Shown: positions 29,580-39,698 of the stretch, one piece after another | Position numbering within the stretch: position 1 is the first letter of the stretch | Layout of the letters: each line of letters begins with the position of its first letter | NCBI GenBank assembly: GCA_965228875.1 | Contig: OZ245843.1 | Coordinates: 2,896,616-2,960,615, forward strand | Direction: 5' to 3' | Source of the DNA: Thalassobaculaceae bacterium | GTDB taxonomy: Bacteria > Pseudomonadota > Alphaproteobacteria > Thalassobaculales > Thalassobaculaceae | DNA: 64,000 bases | The notes under the pieces: model-generated | What the model was told of the DNA's origin: nothing | The model's database searches: none | Seen by the model: only the letters and a program-made list of their open reading frames with translations | Program-made: the position numbers and the translations under genes

Positions 29580-31001
29580 ATGGACATGGGCGCTGACGAC
29601 GGGACCAGCGTCGGCGAAGGGTTCTGGGTAACCCCTGCCGGTTGCGACACTCGCCACTCCGACGGTTCGGGCGGCGAGGCGGCGATCATCTTCACCATGC
29701 TGCATCACTTCGGATGGATCGATGTCGGCCTTCAGCCGCACAAGGCGGTCGTTCGGCTGAACCCGTCCACCGTCGAGACGCCGGCGCTGGAGGCCCTGAT
29801 CCCCGCGCTGGAGGAACGCGCTCCGGAACGCAAGATCGAGCTGGTGCTCGTGGATTGCGACGCGCAGCCGGTCGACCTCGCCTTTCTCGATTCCTCCGAC
29901 GCCAACGCCTATGTCGAATCCGTGATCCGCAAGCGCGCGGTCGGCGACGAGACCGGGCAATCGTACTGGGGCGAGGAGGCGTTCCCGCTGCCGCTGCCCC
30001 AACCGCTGTCGGATGCCATCCACTTTCCGCCCACCGCACCGGCGCTGCGCCGGGTGGAGGAGCGCGACCATATCGACGAGGAGCGCTTCGCCAGGTCGCT
30101 GGCCAAGGCGGAGTGGCTCGCCCCGCTGAACACCGCCGACTCCCTCTTCGAGCGCCGTCTGACGGACCAGACACCGGAGATGGTCACCTTCGCGCTCCGA
30201 ACGCTCGGCTGGGTGGGTATCGGACGGAACTGGCGGCTGCACGGCCAGCCGCTGCGCAGCACCGTGCCCGAGATCGTCGCTCTCGATCCCGCCGCCATCC
30301 GCCGGGAAGCCCTTCACCAGTTGGTGGCGCTGAGCGACGCGTGGACGCCGCTGTCCGGCGAGGTGACGCTGGCGTGGTGGGACGGCAGTACCTGGATCCG
30401 TCAGCGCGGTGTGGCCGCGGAGATGGCCGACCGGTTGAGGACCCTCTGCCGGATCGCCGCCAACGACGAGCCGCTGTCCCTGGTCGAGAGCGTCGAGGTG
30501 CCGATTCACCAGCTGCTGGCGTCCGGATCCCGCTGGAGCGCGTCCCATCCCTTCGCCGTCACCCTGAAACGCTGGCAGGACGAACAGACCAATGCCGGCG
30601 CCGGCGATGCGATCCTGCGCGACCTGGAGCGGATGGGCCTGTTCCAGGAACGCACGAAACTGCTGGTCATCGACGAGAACGAGGACATGCGGATCGCCCG
30701 CTATGCCCCTGGAACGGTGCAGGTGTGGGACGAGCGGGTCCACCGCTCGATGGAAGGGTCGCGCCTGATCGACGTGCCGGACCGGGGGCTCGGCCTTCGG
30801 GTCCAGCGCGACTTGCAGACGGTGCGTCGCCGCCGTCAGCCGGCCCTCCACCGCTGCAGCGGTGTCGTGCAGGGCAGCGACGGGATGCAGGCGGTCCAGT
30901 GGTCGCGCCTGACCGTGCCGCTGTTCACGCGGGTCGACGGCCGCGAGCGGGTGCGGGCGCTGCTCTCGACCTGCGCGCTGGAGCATGCCGTACCGATCTG
31001 A
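29580..31001 (+). CDS. hypothetical protein: duplicated N-terminal unknown domain plus C-terminal PAS-like domain
   Basis: Two copies of W..P..(F/L)GW(I/V)..P....AL..L; C-terminus G..L.DVPD...G....RL.VPL resembles PAS_5. Confidence 0.7.
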   Translation: MDMGADDGTSVGEGFWVTPAGCDTRHSDGSGGEAAIIFTMLHHFGWIDVGLQPHKAVVRLNPSTVETPALEALIPALEERAPERKIELVLVDCDAQPVDLAFLDSSDANAYVESVIRKRAVGDETGQSYWGEEAFPLPLPQPLSDAIHFPPTAPALRRVEERDHIDEERFARSLAKAEWLAPLNTADSLFERRLTDQTPEMVTFALRTLGWVGIGRNWRLHGQPLRSTVPEIVALDPAAIRREALHQLVALSDAWTPLSGEVTLAWWDGSTWIRQRGVAAEMADRLRTLCRIAANDEPLSLVESVEVPIHQLLASGSRWSASHPFAVTLKRWQDEQTNAGAGDAILRDLERMGLFQERTKLLVIDENEDMRIARYAPGTVQVWDERVHRSMEGSRLIDVPDRGLGLRVQRDLQTVRRRRQPALHRCSGVVQGSDGMQAVQWSRLTVPLFTRVDGRERVRALLSTCALEHAVPI

Positions 31002-31022
31002 GGCGCGCCCTACCCGGCCCCC

Positions 31023-31811
31023 CTACCCGAGCGACTGGCGGGACGACGCCTCGACGACCAGCGGCACCGCCTCCGGCGCGTCGACGAAATCGCGCACATC
31101 GTCCACTACCGCCCGCCGGGTGCGTCCGAGCAACCACATCCTCGACCGCTCCGGCTTATGGGGCCGCAACCAGCGCACACCGCCATGGGCCTCGTCGAAG
31201 CGGTACTTGGTGGCGTTCTTGGCATAGACCTCGTCCTCGGCGATCGAGATCATCGGCGCGGCGTCCCATCGTGACAGGGCCAGGGCGCAGCCGGCGGTCG
31301 TGACCAGCTCCGCCAGGGCCGTCCGCCCGCGCCAGGCCGGTGCCAGCCAGAGACCTCCGATATACGTGCACCGCCCCCGGACGCTCGTGGCATAGCCATC
31401 GGCCTCCTCGCCGAGGACCAGGCGCTCGCCGGATGGCATGTCGCGGATCGGCTGCCCGTAGAACAGGTACAGGGTCGACAGCCAGTCGCCGAGGGATCGG
31501 GCGCCCAGTTCGAACAGTCTGGCCGCGAACGTCGCGACCCGCTGACCGGCCCCGTCCTCCACGCTCATCCAGATCGCCTGTCCGGGACCGATCGGCACCG
31601 CCGCCGGGTTGAAGACGTTCGGCATGAATTTTCCGGTTTCTCGGCATACCCGGTCGAACGCGGACATGTCGTCGTCAACCGCAATGGCGAGACCGTGACG
31701 TTTCAGGAGCGCGTTCAACCGCAGGAAGTACGCGCCGAGAAGCTCGACCTCCGGCGCCACAATGGTGTCGACGTTAGTCAGAAGCCGCCTTGCATACGGG
31801 ATTGTATTCAT
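31023..31811 (-). CDS. hypothetical protein, GNAT/acyltransferase-like fold
   Basis: VATFAARL strand and YIGGLWLAPAWRG..LA resembling GNAT motif A. Confidence 0.65.
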   Translation of the reverse strand: MNTIPYARRLLTNVDTIVAPEVELLGAYFLRLNALLKRHGLAIAVDDDMSAFDRVCRETGKFMPNVFNPAAVPIGPGQAIWMSVEDGAGQRVATFAARLFELGARSLGDWLSTLYLFYGQPIRDMPSGERLVLGEEADGYATSVRGRCTYIGGLWLAPAWRGRTALAELVTTAGCALALSRWDAAPMISIAEDEVYAKNATKYRFDEAHGGVRWLRPHKPERSRMWLLGRTRRAVVDDVRDFVDAPEAVPLVVEASSRQSLG

Positions 31812-31973
31812 CGGTCCCCACCTGTCCCTTAAAGCCAGAATTGAGGATCAAGAATTACAAGAATATAGGGAATATTCCGCGATGGGGTCCGGCGACTCGT
31901 CGCGCGATCGCGAGTCGCATCGCGCGCGCCGCCGGCCTATAGAGAGCGTGTGAAAACGAATCGGTTTCCGCGA

Positions 31974-32519
31974 ATGCCCTCCACCCCGATCCCTGCCGCA
32001 GACGCGGCGCCACGACCGGCCGCGTTCCTCGACCGCGACGGCGTGCTGAACGTGGACACCGGATACGCCCACCGTCCCGACCAGATCCGCTGGGTCGACG
32101 GCGCCGCCGCCGCGGTCGCGCGGCTAAACAACGCCGGGTATCGGGTGTTCGTCGTCACCAACCAGTCCGGGATCGCCCGTGGCCTGTACGGCACGGAGGA
32201 TGTGGAGGCGCTGCACCGCTGGATGGGGGCGACCCTGCTGGGCTCGGGAGCCCGCATCGACGACTGGCGCTACTGCCCCTACCACCCCGAGCACCAGGCC
32301 GAGCGGTTCGCCGACAAGGCGACCTGGCGCAAACCGCATCCGGGGATGCTGCTCGATCTCATGGCCGCGTGGCCGGTCGACCGCGAGGCCTCGTTCATGA
32401 TCGGCGACCGGGACAGCGACATGGTCGCGGCGCGGGCAGCCGGAGTCGCGGGCCATCTGTTCGCCGGCGGCGATCTCGACGCCTTCGTCGCGGCCCTGCT
32501 GCCCCAGAAAGCGGACTAG
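31974..32519 (+). CDS. gmhB: D-glycero-D-manno-heptose 1,7-bisphosphate phosphatase-like HAD hydrolase
   Basis: [37 protein letters not shown]. Confidence 0.9.
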   Translation: MPSTPIPAADAAPRPAAFLDRDGVLNVDTGYAHRPDQIRWVDGAAAAVARLNNAGYRVFVVTNQSGIARGLYGTEDVEALHRWMGATLLGSGARIDDWRYCPYHPEHQAERFADKATWRKPHPGMLLDLMAAWPVDREASFMIGDRDSDMVAARAAGVAGHLFAGGDLDAFVAALLPQKAD

Positions 32520-32523
32520 GCCC

Positions 32524-33975
32524 ATGGCACGGATCCATCCCGTCCTGCTGTCGGGCGGCGCCGGTACCCGGCTGTGGCCGTTGTCCCGCTCGGCCTATCC
32601 CAAGCAGTTCCTGTCCCTGCTGGGGGACCGCTCCCTGCTGCAGACCACCGCGCTTAGGGTATCGGACCCCGACCTGTTCGAGCCGCCGGTGGTGATCGCC
32701 AATGCGGATCACCGTTTCGTGGTGGCCGAGCAGCTCCGGGCCGCCGGTATCGCCCCGGCGACCATCATGCTGGAGCCGGAGGGCCGGAACTCCGCCCCCG
32801 CCGCCCTCGCCGCCGCCCGTTACCTGCGCGATCGGGATCCCCAGGCGGTGCTGCTGCTGCTCGCCGCGGACCATGCCATGGCCGAGCCCGCAGCCTTCCT
32901 CGACGCGGCGCGGGCCGCCCTGCCGGCGGCAGAAGCAGGGCGCATCGTGACGTTCGGCATCGAGCCCGACCGACCGGAGACCGCCTACGGCTACATCCTC
33001 GCCGGCGGCGAGCCGGATGCCGGCGGCGTGCGACCGGTCGACCGGTTCGTGGAGAAACCGGATGCCGCCACCGCCGAGAGCTACCTCGCCGACGGCCGGT
33101 ATCTCTGGAATTCGGGCAACTTCCTCGCCGCCGCCGAGACGCTGGAACGCGAGGCCGAACGGTTCGTTCCGGACCTGCTGGCCACCGTCGGCGCCGCGGT
33201 CGCCGACGCGCGACTCGACCTGGACTTCCTGCGCCTGGACGCCGGGACCTTTTCCCGGGCGCTGTCGGTGTCCATCGATTACGCGATCATGGAGCGCACC
33301 GGCTCAGCATCGGTCATCGCCTGCGATCCGGGTTGGAGCGACATCGGGTCGTTCGACGCGCTCGCCGAGGCGCTCGGCCGCGACGGGCAGGGCAACGCCA
33401 TCGCCGGCCCGGTCTTCCACCTGGACAGTCGCGACACCCTGGCGATTTCCACCGGTCCGCTCGTCGCCACGCTCGGCCTCGACAACGCTGTGGTCGTCGC
33501 CTCCGACGACGCGGTGCTGGTGGCGTCCGCCGACCGGGCCCAGCAGGTGCGCGCCGTGGTCGAGCGTCTGCGCGAGGCCGGCCGCGACGAGGCGGACGGT
33601 CATGCCGACGTCCACCGCCCCTGGGGATCCTACCGCAACCTGGACGTCGGTCCGGGTTTCCTGGTCAAGCAGATCCACATCAGGCCCGGGGGTCGGCTGT
33701 CGCTCCAGACCCATGCCCACCGGGCCGAGCACTGGACCGTGACCGCGGGCGCCGTGCGGGTCACGCTCGGACCGACGCGCGACGCCCTCGAAACGGTGGA
33801 TCTCGGCGCCCACCGCTCGATCGACATTCCGCGCGGGTGGGTGCATCGGATGGAGAACGTCACCGACACCCCGGCCCAGGTCATCGAAGTGCAGTCCGGA
33901 GACCTGCTGTCGGAGGACGACATCGAACGGCTCGACGATGTCTACGGCCGCGGCGGTTCGGCGTCTGTCGAGTGA
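32524..33975 (+). CDS. manC: mannose-1-phosphate guanylyltransferase / mannose-6-phosphate isomerase
   Basis: LSGGAGTRLWPLSR..PKQF, FVEKPD, WNSG, SIDYAIME, RPWG, LSLQ.H.HRAEHW cupin. Confidence 0.93.
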   Translation: MARIHPVLLSGGAGTRLWPLSRSAYPKQFLSLLGDRSLLQTTALRVSDPDLFEPPVVIANADHRFVVAEQLRAAGIAPATIMLEPEGRNSAPAALAAARYLRDRDPQAVLLLLAADHAMAEPAAFLDAARAALPAAEAGRIVTFGIEPDRPETAYGYILAGGEPDAGGVRPVDRFVEKPDAATAESYLADGRYLWNSGNFLAAAETLEREAERFVPDLLATVGAAVADARLDLDFLRLDAGTFSRALSVSIDYAIMERTGSASVIACDPGWSDIGSFDALAEALGRDGQGNAIAGPVFHLDSRDTLAISTGPLVATLGLDNAVVVASDDAVLVASADRAQQVRAVVERLREAGRDEADGHADVHRPWGSYRNLDVGPGFLVKQIHIRPGGRLSLQTHAHRAEHWTVTAGAVRVTLGPTRDALETVDLGAHRSIDIPRGWVHRMENVTDTPAQVIEVQSGDLLSEDDIERLDDVYGRGGSASVE

Positions 33976-34093
33976 ATCCGACTCAGCCTAGAAGGCTCAG
34001 ACGCTCAGGAAAATTTAATTTAAAAATTTAGACAACGCCGGCATATTGGGGGCGTCATCTCGTCTGCCTCCACAATATGCTGTGTGTTCCGCC

Positions 34094-34408
34094 ATGCGCC
34101 TTCCCGCGCCTGCCGTTCTTGGATTCCTCGCTCTCGGCATCGTTTCGATGTCCCAGCCCGCGGTCGCATCGAGCCACGGGCCGGCCTATTACGAGGCCCT
34201 GATGCGCTACTGCTACGGCGGCGGGCTGTCGGACCGGCTGGGGCGCGACCCGGACAGCCGCTCCGTCATCGGCGTCGGCAGCAAACGGGCCGCCCTCTCC
34301 GACCTGCGCGAGGCGATGCAGCGCGGCGAGCGGGCGGTAACGGCACTCTGCGCCGCCGGCTATTACCGGGCGGTCGGCGCCGGCTACCTGCGGGTCGTGC
34401 GCCGCTGA
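34094..34408 (+). CDS. small exported hypothetical protein
   Basis: Signal-peptide-like N-terminus, two Cys, host-like codon usage. Confidence 0.55.
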   Translation: MRLPAPAVLGFLALGIVSMSQPAVASSHGPAYYEALMRYCYGGGLSDRLGRDPDSRSVIGVGSKRAALSDLREAMQRGERAVTALCAAGYYRAVGAGYLRVVRR

Positions 34409-34605
34409 TACGCGTCCGTGTCCGAAATACAGAATCAAACCACACGCAGGGAGCGATCAGCTCCAACGACCATGGAGGGGGTTGGGCTCTAAAGGGGCAC
34501 CATCGCGACAACCAGATTTTGAAAAAATTCGCCCTTCATTGGTTCTTAATTTCTTTCTTCGTCAATTGCTTCAACTGAGTAACCTTCCATGGATGAGCAT
34601 TCACG

Positions 34606-36843
34606 ATGGCGATCGATCAATCGACGCCGACAACCACGCAGATCACTGCGTCGGGTCGTCGGGGCAAACTGAGTTTTCGGAACCTCAGGACCAAGACCAA
34701 GGTTCTGATCGGGGTCACAATCCCTCTGCTCTTTCTCATCGCGATGGGCGCCACCGCACTCTTCAACATCGACAGAATGCAGAACACCAGCAGGTGGGTG
34801 GATCATACCCGTGCGGTGTTGGGCAAAGCTGCGGACATCGTCGCGGCGGCGGTCGATATGGAGACCGGCATGCGTGGGTTCCTCCTCGCCGGCCGGGAAG
34901 AGTTCCTCGACCCGTATAAGGAGGGCGAGAAGGCGGTCTACGCGCAGATCAAGGACCTTCAGCAGACCGTCGACGACAATCCCCGCCAGGTAGCACGCCT
35001 CGCTGAGGCGGCAGAGGTGGTGCGCGAGTGGCAGGACAACGTCACGGAGATGCAGATTCAGCTTCGCCGGGACATCGGCGATGCTGAAACGATGAACGAC
35101 ATGGCGAAACTCGTCGCCGAAGCGCGCGGCAAAACCTTCTTCGACAAATTCCGGGGTCTGATAGCCACCTTCGCCGACCGGGAGCGGGCGCTCTTGGCCA
35201 AGCGGCGCGACACCTTCCTGTCAGCGTTGTCCGGCGGCGAAGCCACCGCACAGGAGACCCGGGAGGCACTGCGCTGGGTTGAGCACACCTATTCCGTAAT
35301 CTCGACCTCCCAGGACATCCTGGCCGCCGCCGCCGACATGGAGACCGGTATGCGCGGTTTCTTGCTCGCGGGGCGTGACGAGTTCCTGGACCCGTTCAAC
35401 GCAGGATCCACGCGTTTCGAATCGCTTGTCAGCGAGCTTCGCCAAACCGTAAGCGACAATCCGGCCCAGGTCGCGCTTCTCGACGAGATTGCCGCCACGA
35501 TCGGTGACTGGGTAACCCAAGTCGTGAACCCGATGATCGATCTCCGCCGACAGATCGGCGACTCGGCGACCATGGACGACATGGCAGACCTGGTCGGAGA
35601 GGCTCGCGGCAAGGCGTATTTTGACAGGTTTCGCGAGATCATGGCCGAGTTCGCAGCCGAGGAGCGGGCGTTGATGGAACAGCGATCGGCGGCCAACGCG
35701 GACACGGTCGATCAGAGTTTCCTCGTGATCATCGGAGCGACCGTAGGCGCCGTCGTCATCGGTCTGGCCATGGCCTGGATGATTGGAGGCTCAATCGGTG
35801 GGCCGATCGGCCGGATGACAGGTGCCATGGCGAAGCTCGCCGAAGGCGACACGACGGTGACAATCGACGGTACCGATCGAGGAGACGAGGTCGGTGCGAT
35901 GGCGCGGGCGACTCTGGTCTTCAAAGAGAACGCCATTGAGGCCGAGCGGCTCCGCCAGGAGAACGAGATCCGCGAGCGGCAGGCGGCGGAGGAAAAGCGC
36001 GAGGCGATGCGCCTCCTGGCCGAGACCTTCAAGTCCAGCGTCGGGACGGTGATCGACAATGTGTCGTCCGCCGCATCCGAACTTCAGGACACGGCGAGGT
36101 CCATGTCGACGACGGCGGAACAGACCAACTCCCTGGCGATTTCTGTCGCCAGCGCGTCGGAGGAAGCATCGGCCAATGTCCAGACGGTCGCCTCGGCCAG
36201 CGAGGAACTGTCCGCATCGATTGGCGAGATCACCCGCCAGATCGGCGAATCGAATACGATCTCGCGGCAAGCGGTCGAAACCGCCGAGGCGACCAACGGC
36301 AAGGTCGCCGAACTGGACGAGGGTGCCACGAAGATCGGCAACATCGTCAGCCTGATCCAGGACATCGCGGAGCAGACCAACCTGCTGGCCCTGAACGCGA
36401 CAATCGAGGCCGCCCGGGCCGGCGACGCCGGCAAGGGCTTCGCCGTCGTCGCCTCCGAGGTGAAGAATCTCGCCAATCAGACCGCCAAAGCGACAGAGGA
36501 GATCGCTGGACAAGTCGCGGCAATGCAGGGGTCGACAAGCCAGACCGTCTCCGCGATCGACGAGATTACCGGAGTGATCCGCCAGATCAGCGAGAACGCG
36601 GGCGGCATCGCCTCCGCCGTCGAACAGCAGAATGCATCGACGCAGGAGATCTCCCGGAATGTCCAGGAGGCGGCGGCCGGCACCAACGACGTGTCGACGA
36701 CAATCTCCGATGTACGGAGCGGCGCGGAAAGCACCGGTGTCGCAGCCAGTCAGGTGCTGGCCCGCTCCCAGGCACTCGCCGATCAGTCTCAATTGCTTCG
36801 CGCCGAGGTCGACAAATTCCTTGCGGGACTGCAGACCGCCTGA
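34606..36843 (+). CDS. methyl-accepting chemotaxis protein with two tandem CHASE3 domains and HAMP
   Basis: Two [18 protein letters not shown] motifs 160 aa apart, TM-HAMP (RGDEVG.MA), [20 protein letters not shown]. Confidence 0.95.
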   Translation: MAIDQSTPTTTQITASGRRGKLSFRNLRTKTKVLIGVTIPLLFLIAMGATALFNIDRMQNTSRWVDHTRAVLGKAADIVAAAVDMETGMRGFLLAGREEFLDPYKEGEKAVYAQIKDLQQTVDDNPRQVARLAEAAEVVREWQDNVTEMQIQLRRDIGDAETMNDMAKLVAEARGKTFFDKFRGLIATFADRERALLAKRRDTFLSALSGGEATAQETREALRWVEHTYSVISTSQDILAAAADMETGMRGFLLAGRDEFLDPFNAGSTRFESLVSELRQTVSDNPAQVALLDEIAATIGDWVTQVVNPMIDLRRQIGDSATMDDMADLVGEARGKAYFDRFREIMAEFAAEERALMEQRSAANADTVDQSFLVIIGATVGAVVIGLAMAWMIGGSIGGPIGRMTGAMAKLAEGDTTVTIDGTDRGDEVGAMARATLVFKENAIEAERLRQENEIRERQAAEEKREAMRLLAETFKSSVGTVIDNVSSAASELQDTARSMSTTAEQTNSLAISVASASEEASANVQTVASASEELSASIGEITRQIGESNTISRQAVETAEATNGKVAELDEGATKIGNIVSLIQDIAEQTNLLALNATIEAARAGDAGKGFAVVASEVKNLANQTAKATEEIAGQVAAMQGSTSQTVSAIDEITGVIRQISENAGGIASAVEQQNASTQEISRNVQEAAAGTNDVSTTISDVRSGAESTGVAASQVLARSQALADQSQLLRAEVDKFLAGLQTA

Positions 36844-36859
36844 CCGTCCTCAGCATGAC

Positions 36860-36894
36860 TTCCGCCCCGGGCCCGACAGGATCTCGGGGCGGAA
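36860..36894. terminator. hairpin between convergent MCP and livF (likely terminator)
   Basis: TTCCGCCCCG / CGGGGCGGAA inverted repeat. Confidence 0.6.
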
Positions 36895-36895
36895 A

Positions 36896-37597
36896 CTACA
36901 CTTCCAGCCATTCCCGCCGGACCTCGCCGTCCGCGGCGAACTCCCCCGGCGTTCCCTCGAACACCAGATGGCCGTGCCCCATCACCAGGAGCCGGTGGGA
37001 GATCTTCAGCGCGATCGTCAGTTTCTGCTCGACCAGCAGGATCGACACCCCGCGTCGGGCGATCTCCTCCAGAAGGCCGGCGACGCGCTCCACCATCTGC
37101 GGGCTCAACCCCTCGGTCGGCTCGTCCACCATGACCAGATCCGGATCACCCATCAGCGTGCGGCACATGGTCAGCATCTGCTGCTCGCCGCCGGACAGGG
37201 CGCCTGCGACCACGTCGGCCCGTTCGCGCAGGTTGGGGAACAGGTCGAACATGTCCTCCATCGACCAGCGGTCCTCGGGCCGCGGCCGGCTCGCCTTCAT
37301 GCCGAGAACCAGGTTCTGACGCACCGTAAGGGTCGGAAAGATGTCCCGGTTCTCGGGCACGTATCCGATGCCGAGATGAGCGACCTGGTGCGGTTTCATC
37401 CCGGCGATCTCTTCGCCGCGCAGGCGGATGGAGCCGACCGGCGGAACCTCGCCCATGATCGCCTTGCAGGTGGTACTGCGCCCGACGCCGTTGCGGCCGA
37501 GCAGGCTGACGATCTCGCCCTCGCCGACGTCGAAGGTGACGCCCTGGAGGATATGGCTCTTGCCGTAATAGGCGTGGAGGTCACGAACCTGAAGCAT
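36896..37597 (-). CDS. branched-chain amino acid-type ABC transporter ATP-binding protein (LivF-like)
   Basis: GRNGVGRST, LSGGEQQM, DEPTEGL, VEQ. Confidence 0.93.
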   Translation of the reverse strand: MLQVRDLHAYYGKSHILQGVTFDVGEGEIVSLLGRNGVGRSTTCKAIMGEVPPVGSIRLRGEEIAGMKPHQVAHLGIGYVPENRDIFPTLTVRQNLVLGMKASRPRPEDRWSMEDMFDLFPNLRERADVVAGALSGGEQQMLTMCRTLMGDPDLVMVDEPTEGLSPQMVERVAGLLEEIARRGVSILLVEQKLTIALKISHRLLVMGHGHLVFEGTPGEFAADGEVRREWLEV

Positions 37598-38388
37598 CAG
37601 CGCGCCTCCCCGCCGGCACCGTCGACCGTGCCGAGATAGGCCTCCTGCACCGCCCTGCTCGAGCGGACCTCCTCGGGCGTGCCGGTGGCGATGATCTCAC
37701 CGTAGACCAGCACGGAGATCCGATCGGCCAGGCCGAACACCACGCCCATGTCGTGCTCGACCATGACGAGGGTGCGCCCCTCCGTCACCCGGCGGATCAG
37801 GGCGACCACCGCCTCGGTCTCGCTGTGGCTCATGCCGGCGGTCGGTTCGTCGAGCATGATGACGTCGGCGCCACCGGCGATGGTGATGCCGATCTCCAGC
37901 GCCCGCTGCTCGGCATAGGCCAGGACCCCGGCCGGCAGGTCGCAGCGGTCCAGCATGCCGATCTCCTCCAGGATCTGCGCCGCCCGTTCGTTCAGCGCCC
38001 GTTCGGTATCGACCAGGCGCCAGAAGCTGTTGCGGTGGTCCATCGCCCAGAGCAGGCCGCAGCGGACGTTCTCGAACACGCTGAGGCGCGGGAAGATGTT
38101 GGTGATCTGGAACGACCGGCTGAGGCCGAGCCGGTTGATCTCGTAGGGCTGCAGGTCGGTAACGTCGCGCCCGTTCAGCAGGATCCGCCCGGCGGATTTC
38201 GAGTATTTGCCGCTGATCAGGTGGAACAGGGTCGACTTGCCGGCCCCGTTCGGACCGATGATGGCGTGCCGCTCGCCGGCCCGGATGTCCAGGTCGATGC
38301 CACGGATGATCTCCGTCGGCCCGAAGCTCTTGCGCACCCTCCGAATCCGCAGGGCCGGCTCGGCCGGCGTCATCGCCGCCGCCGTCAC
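37597..38388 (-). CDS. ABC transporter ATP-binding protein (LivG-like)
   Basis: GPNGAGKST, RSFQ, LDEPTAG, VEHDM; GTG overlaps permease stop (alternative ATG 38373). Confidence 0.93.
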   Translation of the reverse strand: MTAAAMTPAEPALRIRRVRKSFGPTEIIRGIDLDIRAGERHAIIGPNGAGKSTLFHLISGKYSKSAGRILLNGRDVTDLQPYEINRLGLSRSFQITNIFPRLSVFENVRCGLLWAMDHRNSFWRLVDTERALNERAAQILEEIGMLDRCDLPAGVLAYAEQRALEIGITIAGGADVIMLDEPTAGMSHSETEAVVALIRRVTEGRTLVMVEHDMGVVFGLADRISVLVYGEIIATGTPEEVRSSRAVQEAYLGTVDGAGGEAR

Positions 38389-39698
38389 GGCGCGTCTCCC
38401 ATCGTGCCGGTCGCTTTCAGGAACGCGTCGCGAAGGCCGGGCGCCAGCCGGAACATGCCGTAGGCGCCGGCGGCCGCCAGGACGACCGCCACGGCCCAGG
38501 GCGACACCGTCGTCACGTCGAACGTCAGGCCGAACACGTGCGCCTCGCTCTCGCCGACGACGCTCCGGTTGGCCTCGTGGCCCATCTCGAGCAGCAGGAC
38601 CGCCCCGGCCAGGAACGCCGCCAGCGGGACCATCGCCGTGGCGTACGGCATGGCCAGCAGGTGCAGGCGACGGGTCGTCAGGGCCGGCCCGTGCATCATG
38701 ATGAGCCCCGTCAGGCCGCGCGGGGCGTACATCACCGTCAGCACGAACAGAATGCCGACGTAGAGCTGCCAGAGCTCGGTATGGTTCGACAGCACGGTCT
38801 GAAGCAGGGTGAGCAGGATGGCGCCGACAATCGGGCCGATGAAGAAGCCGACACCGCCGATGAAGGCCATCAGCAGCACCCAGCCGGACGTCACCAGGTT
38901 GAGGTTCTCCTCGGTCAGGATCTCGTAGTTGATGGCGAACAGGCCGCCGGCCATGCCGGCAAAGAAGCCCGAGGCGCAGAACGAGACGAAACGGACGTAG
39001 CGCATGCTGTAGCCGACGAACTCGGCGCGCTCCTCGTTGTCGCGCACGGCGTTGGCCATGCGGCCGGCAGGGGTACGGGAGAACAGGTACATGAACAGGG
39101 CCGCGACCAGCACGACCGCCACGGTCAGGTAGTAGACCTCGACCTCGCTCAGGAACTCGTAGCCGAACACCGGCGGCCCCATGGTGCGGTCGCCGCTGAC
39201 CCCCTCCTCGCCGCCGAAGAAGGCCACGAAGATGATCGAGCAGGCCGCGACCAACTCGCCGACCCCAAGCGAGATCATCGCGAACACCGTGCCCGCGCGG
39301 CGGGTCGAGAAGCTGCCGATAACCACCGCGAAGACCAGCCCGAACAGGCCGCCGACAACCGGCAGCAGCGGCAGCGGCAGCCACCACCCGTCGTATTCGA
39401 CGTAGTTCATCACATGGACCGACAGGAAGCCGCCGAGACCGAAATACACGGCATGGCCGAAGGACAGCATCCCGCCCTGGCCGAGCAGCATGTTGTAGCT
39501 CAGCGCGAAGACGATCGAGATGCCCATCTGGTTCATGATCGTGACCGCCACCGCCGACGGGAACAGCAGCGGCATCACCATCAGGACGGCGGCCGCCCCG
39601 CCCCAGAGCGGCAGCGTGCGGGAGAACGCGCCACGGCGCATCTGCTCCTCGGCCACCCGCTTCCAGGCGGGCTCCGCCGTGGTGGGTGTACGGCTCAT
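38385..39698 (-). CDS. branched-chain amino acid-type ABC permease (LivM-like)
   Basis: LLGQGGMLSFGHA, FAMI.L, AVRDN..RA. Confidence 0.93.
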   Translation of the reverse strand: MSRTPTTAEPAWKRVAEEQMRRGAFSRTLPLWGGAAAVLMVMPLLFPSAVAVTIMNQMGISIVFALSYNMLLGQGGMLSFGHAVYFGLGGFLSVHVMNYVEYDGWWLPLPLLPVVGGLFGLVFAVVIGSFSTRRAGTVFAMISLGVGELVAACSIIFVAFFGGEEGVSGDRTMGPPVFGYEFLSEVEVYYLTVAVVLVAALFMYLFSRTPAGRMANAVRDNEERAEFVGYSMRYVRFVSFCASGFFAGMAGGLFAINYEILTEENLNLVTSGWVLLMAFIGGVGFFIGPIVGAILLTLLQTVLSNHTELWQLYVGILFVLTVMYAPRGLTGLIMMHGPALTTRRLHLLAMPYATAMVPLAAFLAGAVLLLEMGHEANRSVVGESEAHVFGLTFDVTTVSPWAVAVVLAAAGAYGMFRLAPGLRDAFLKATGTMGDAP

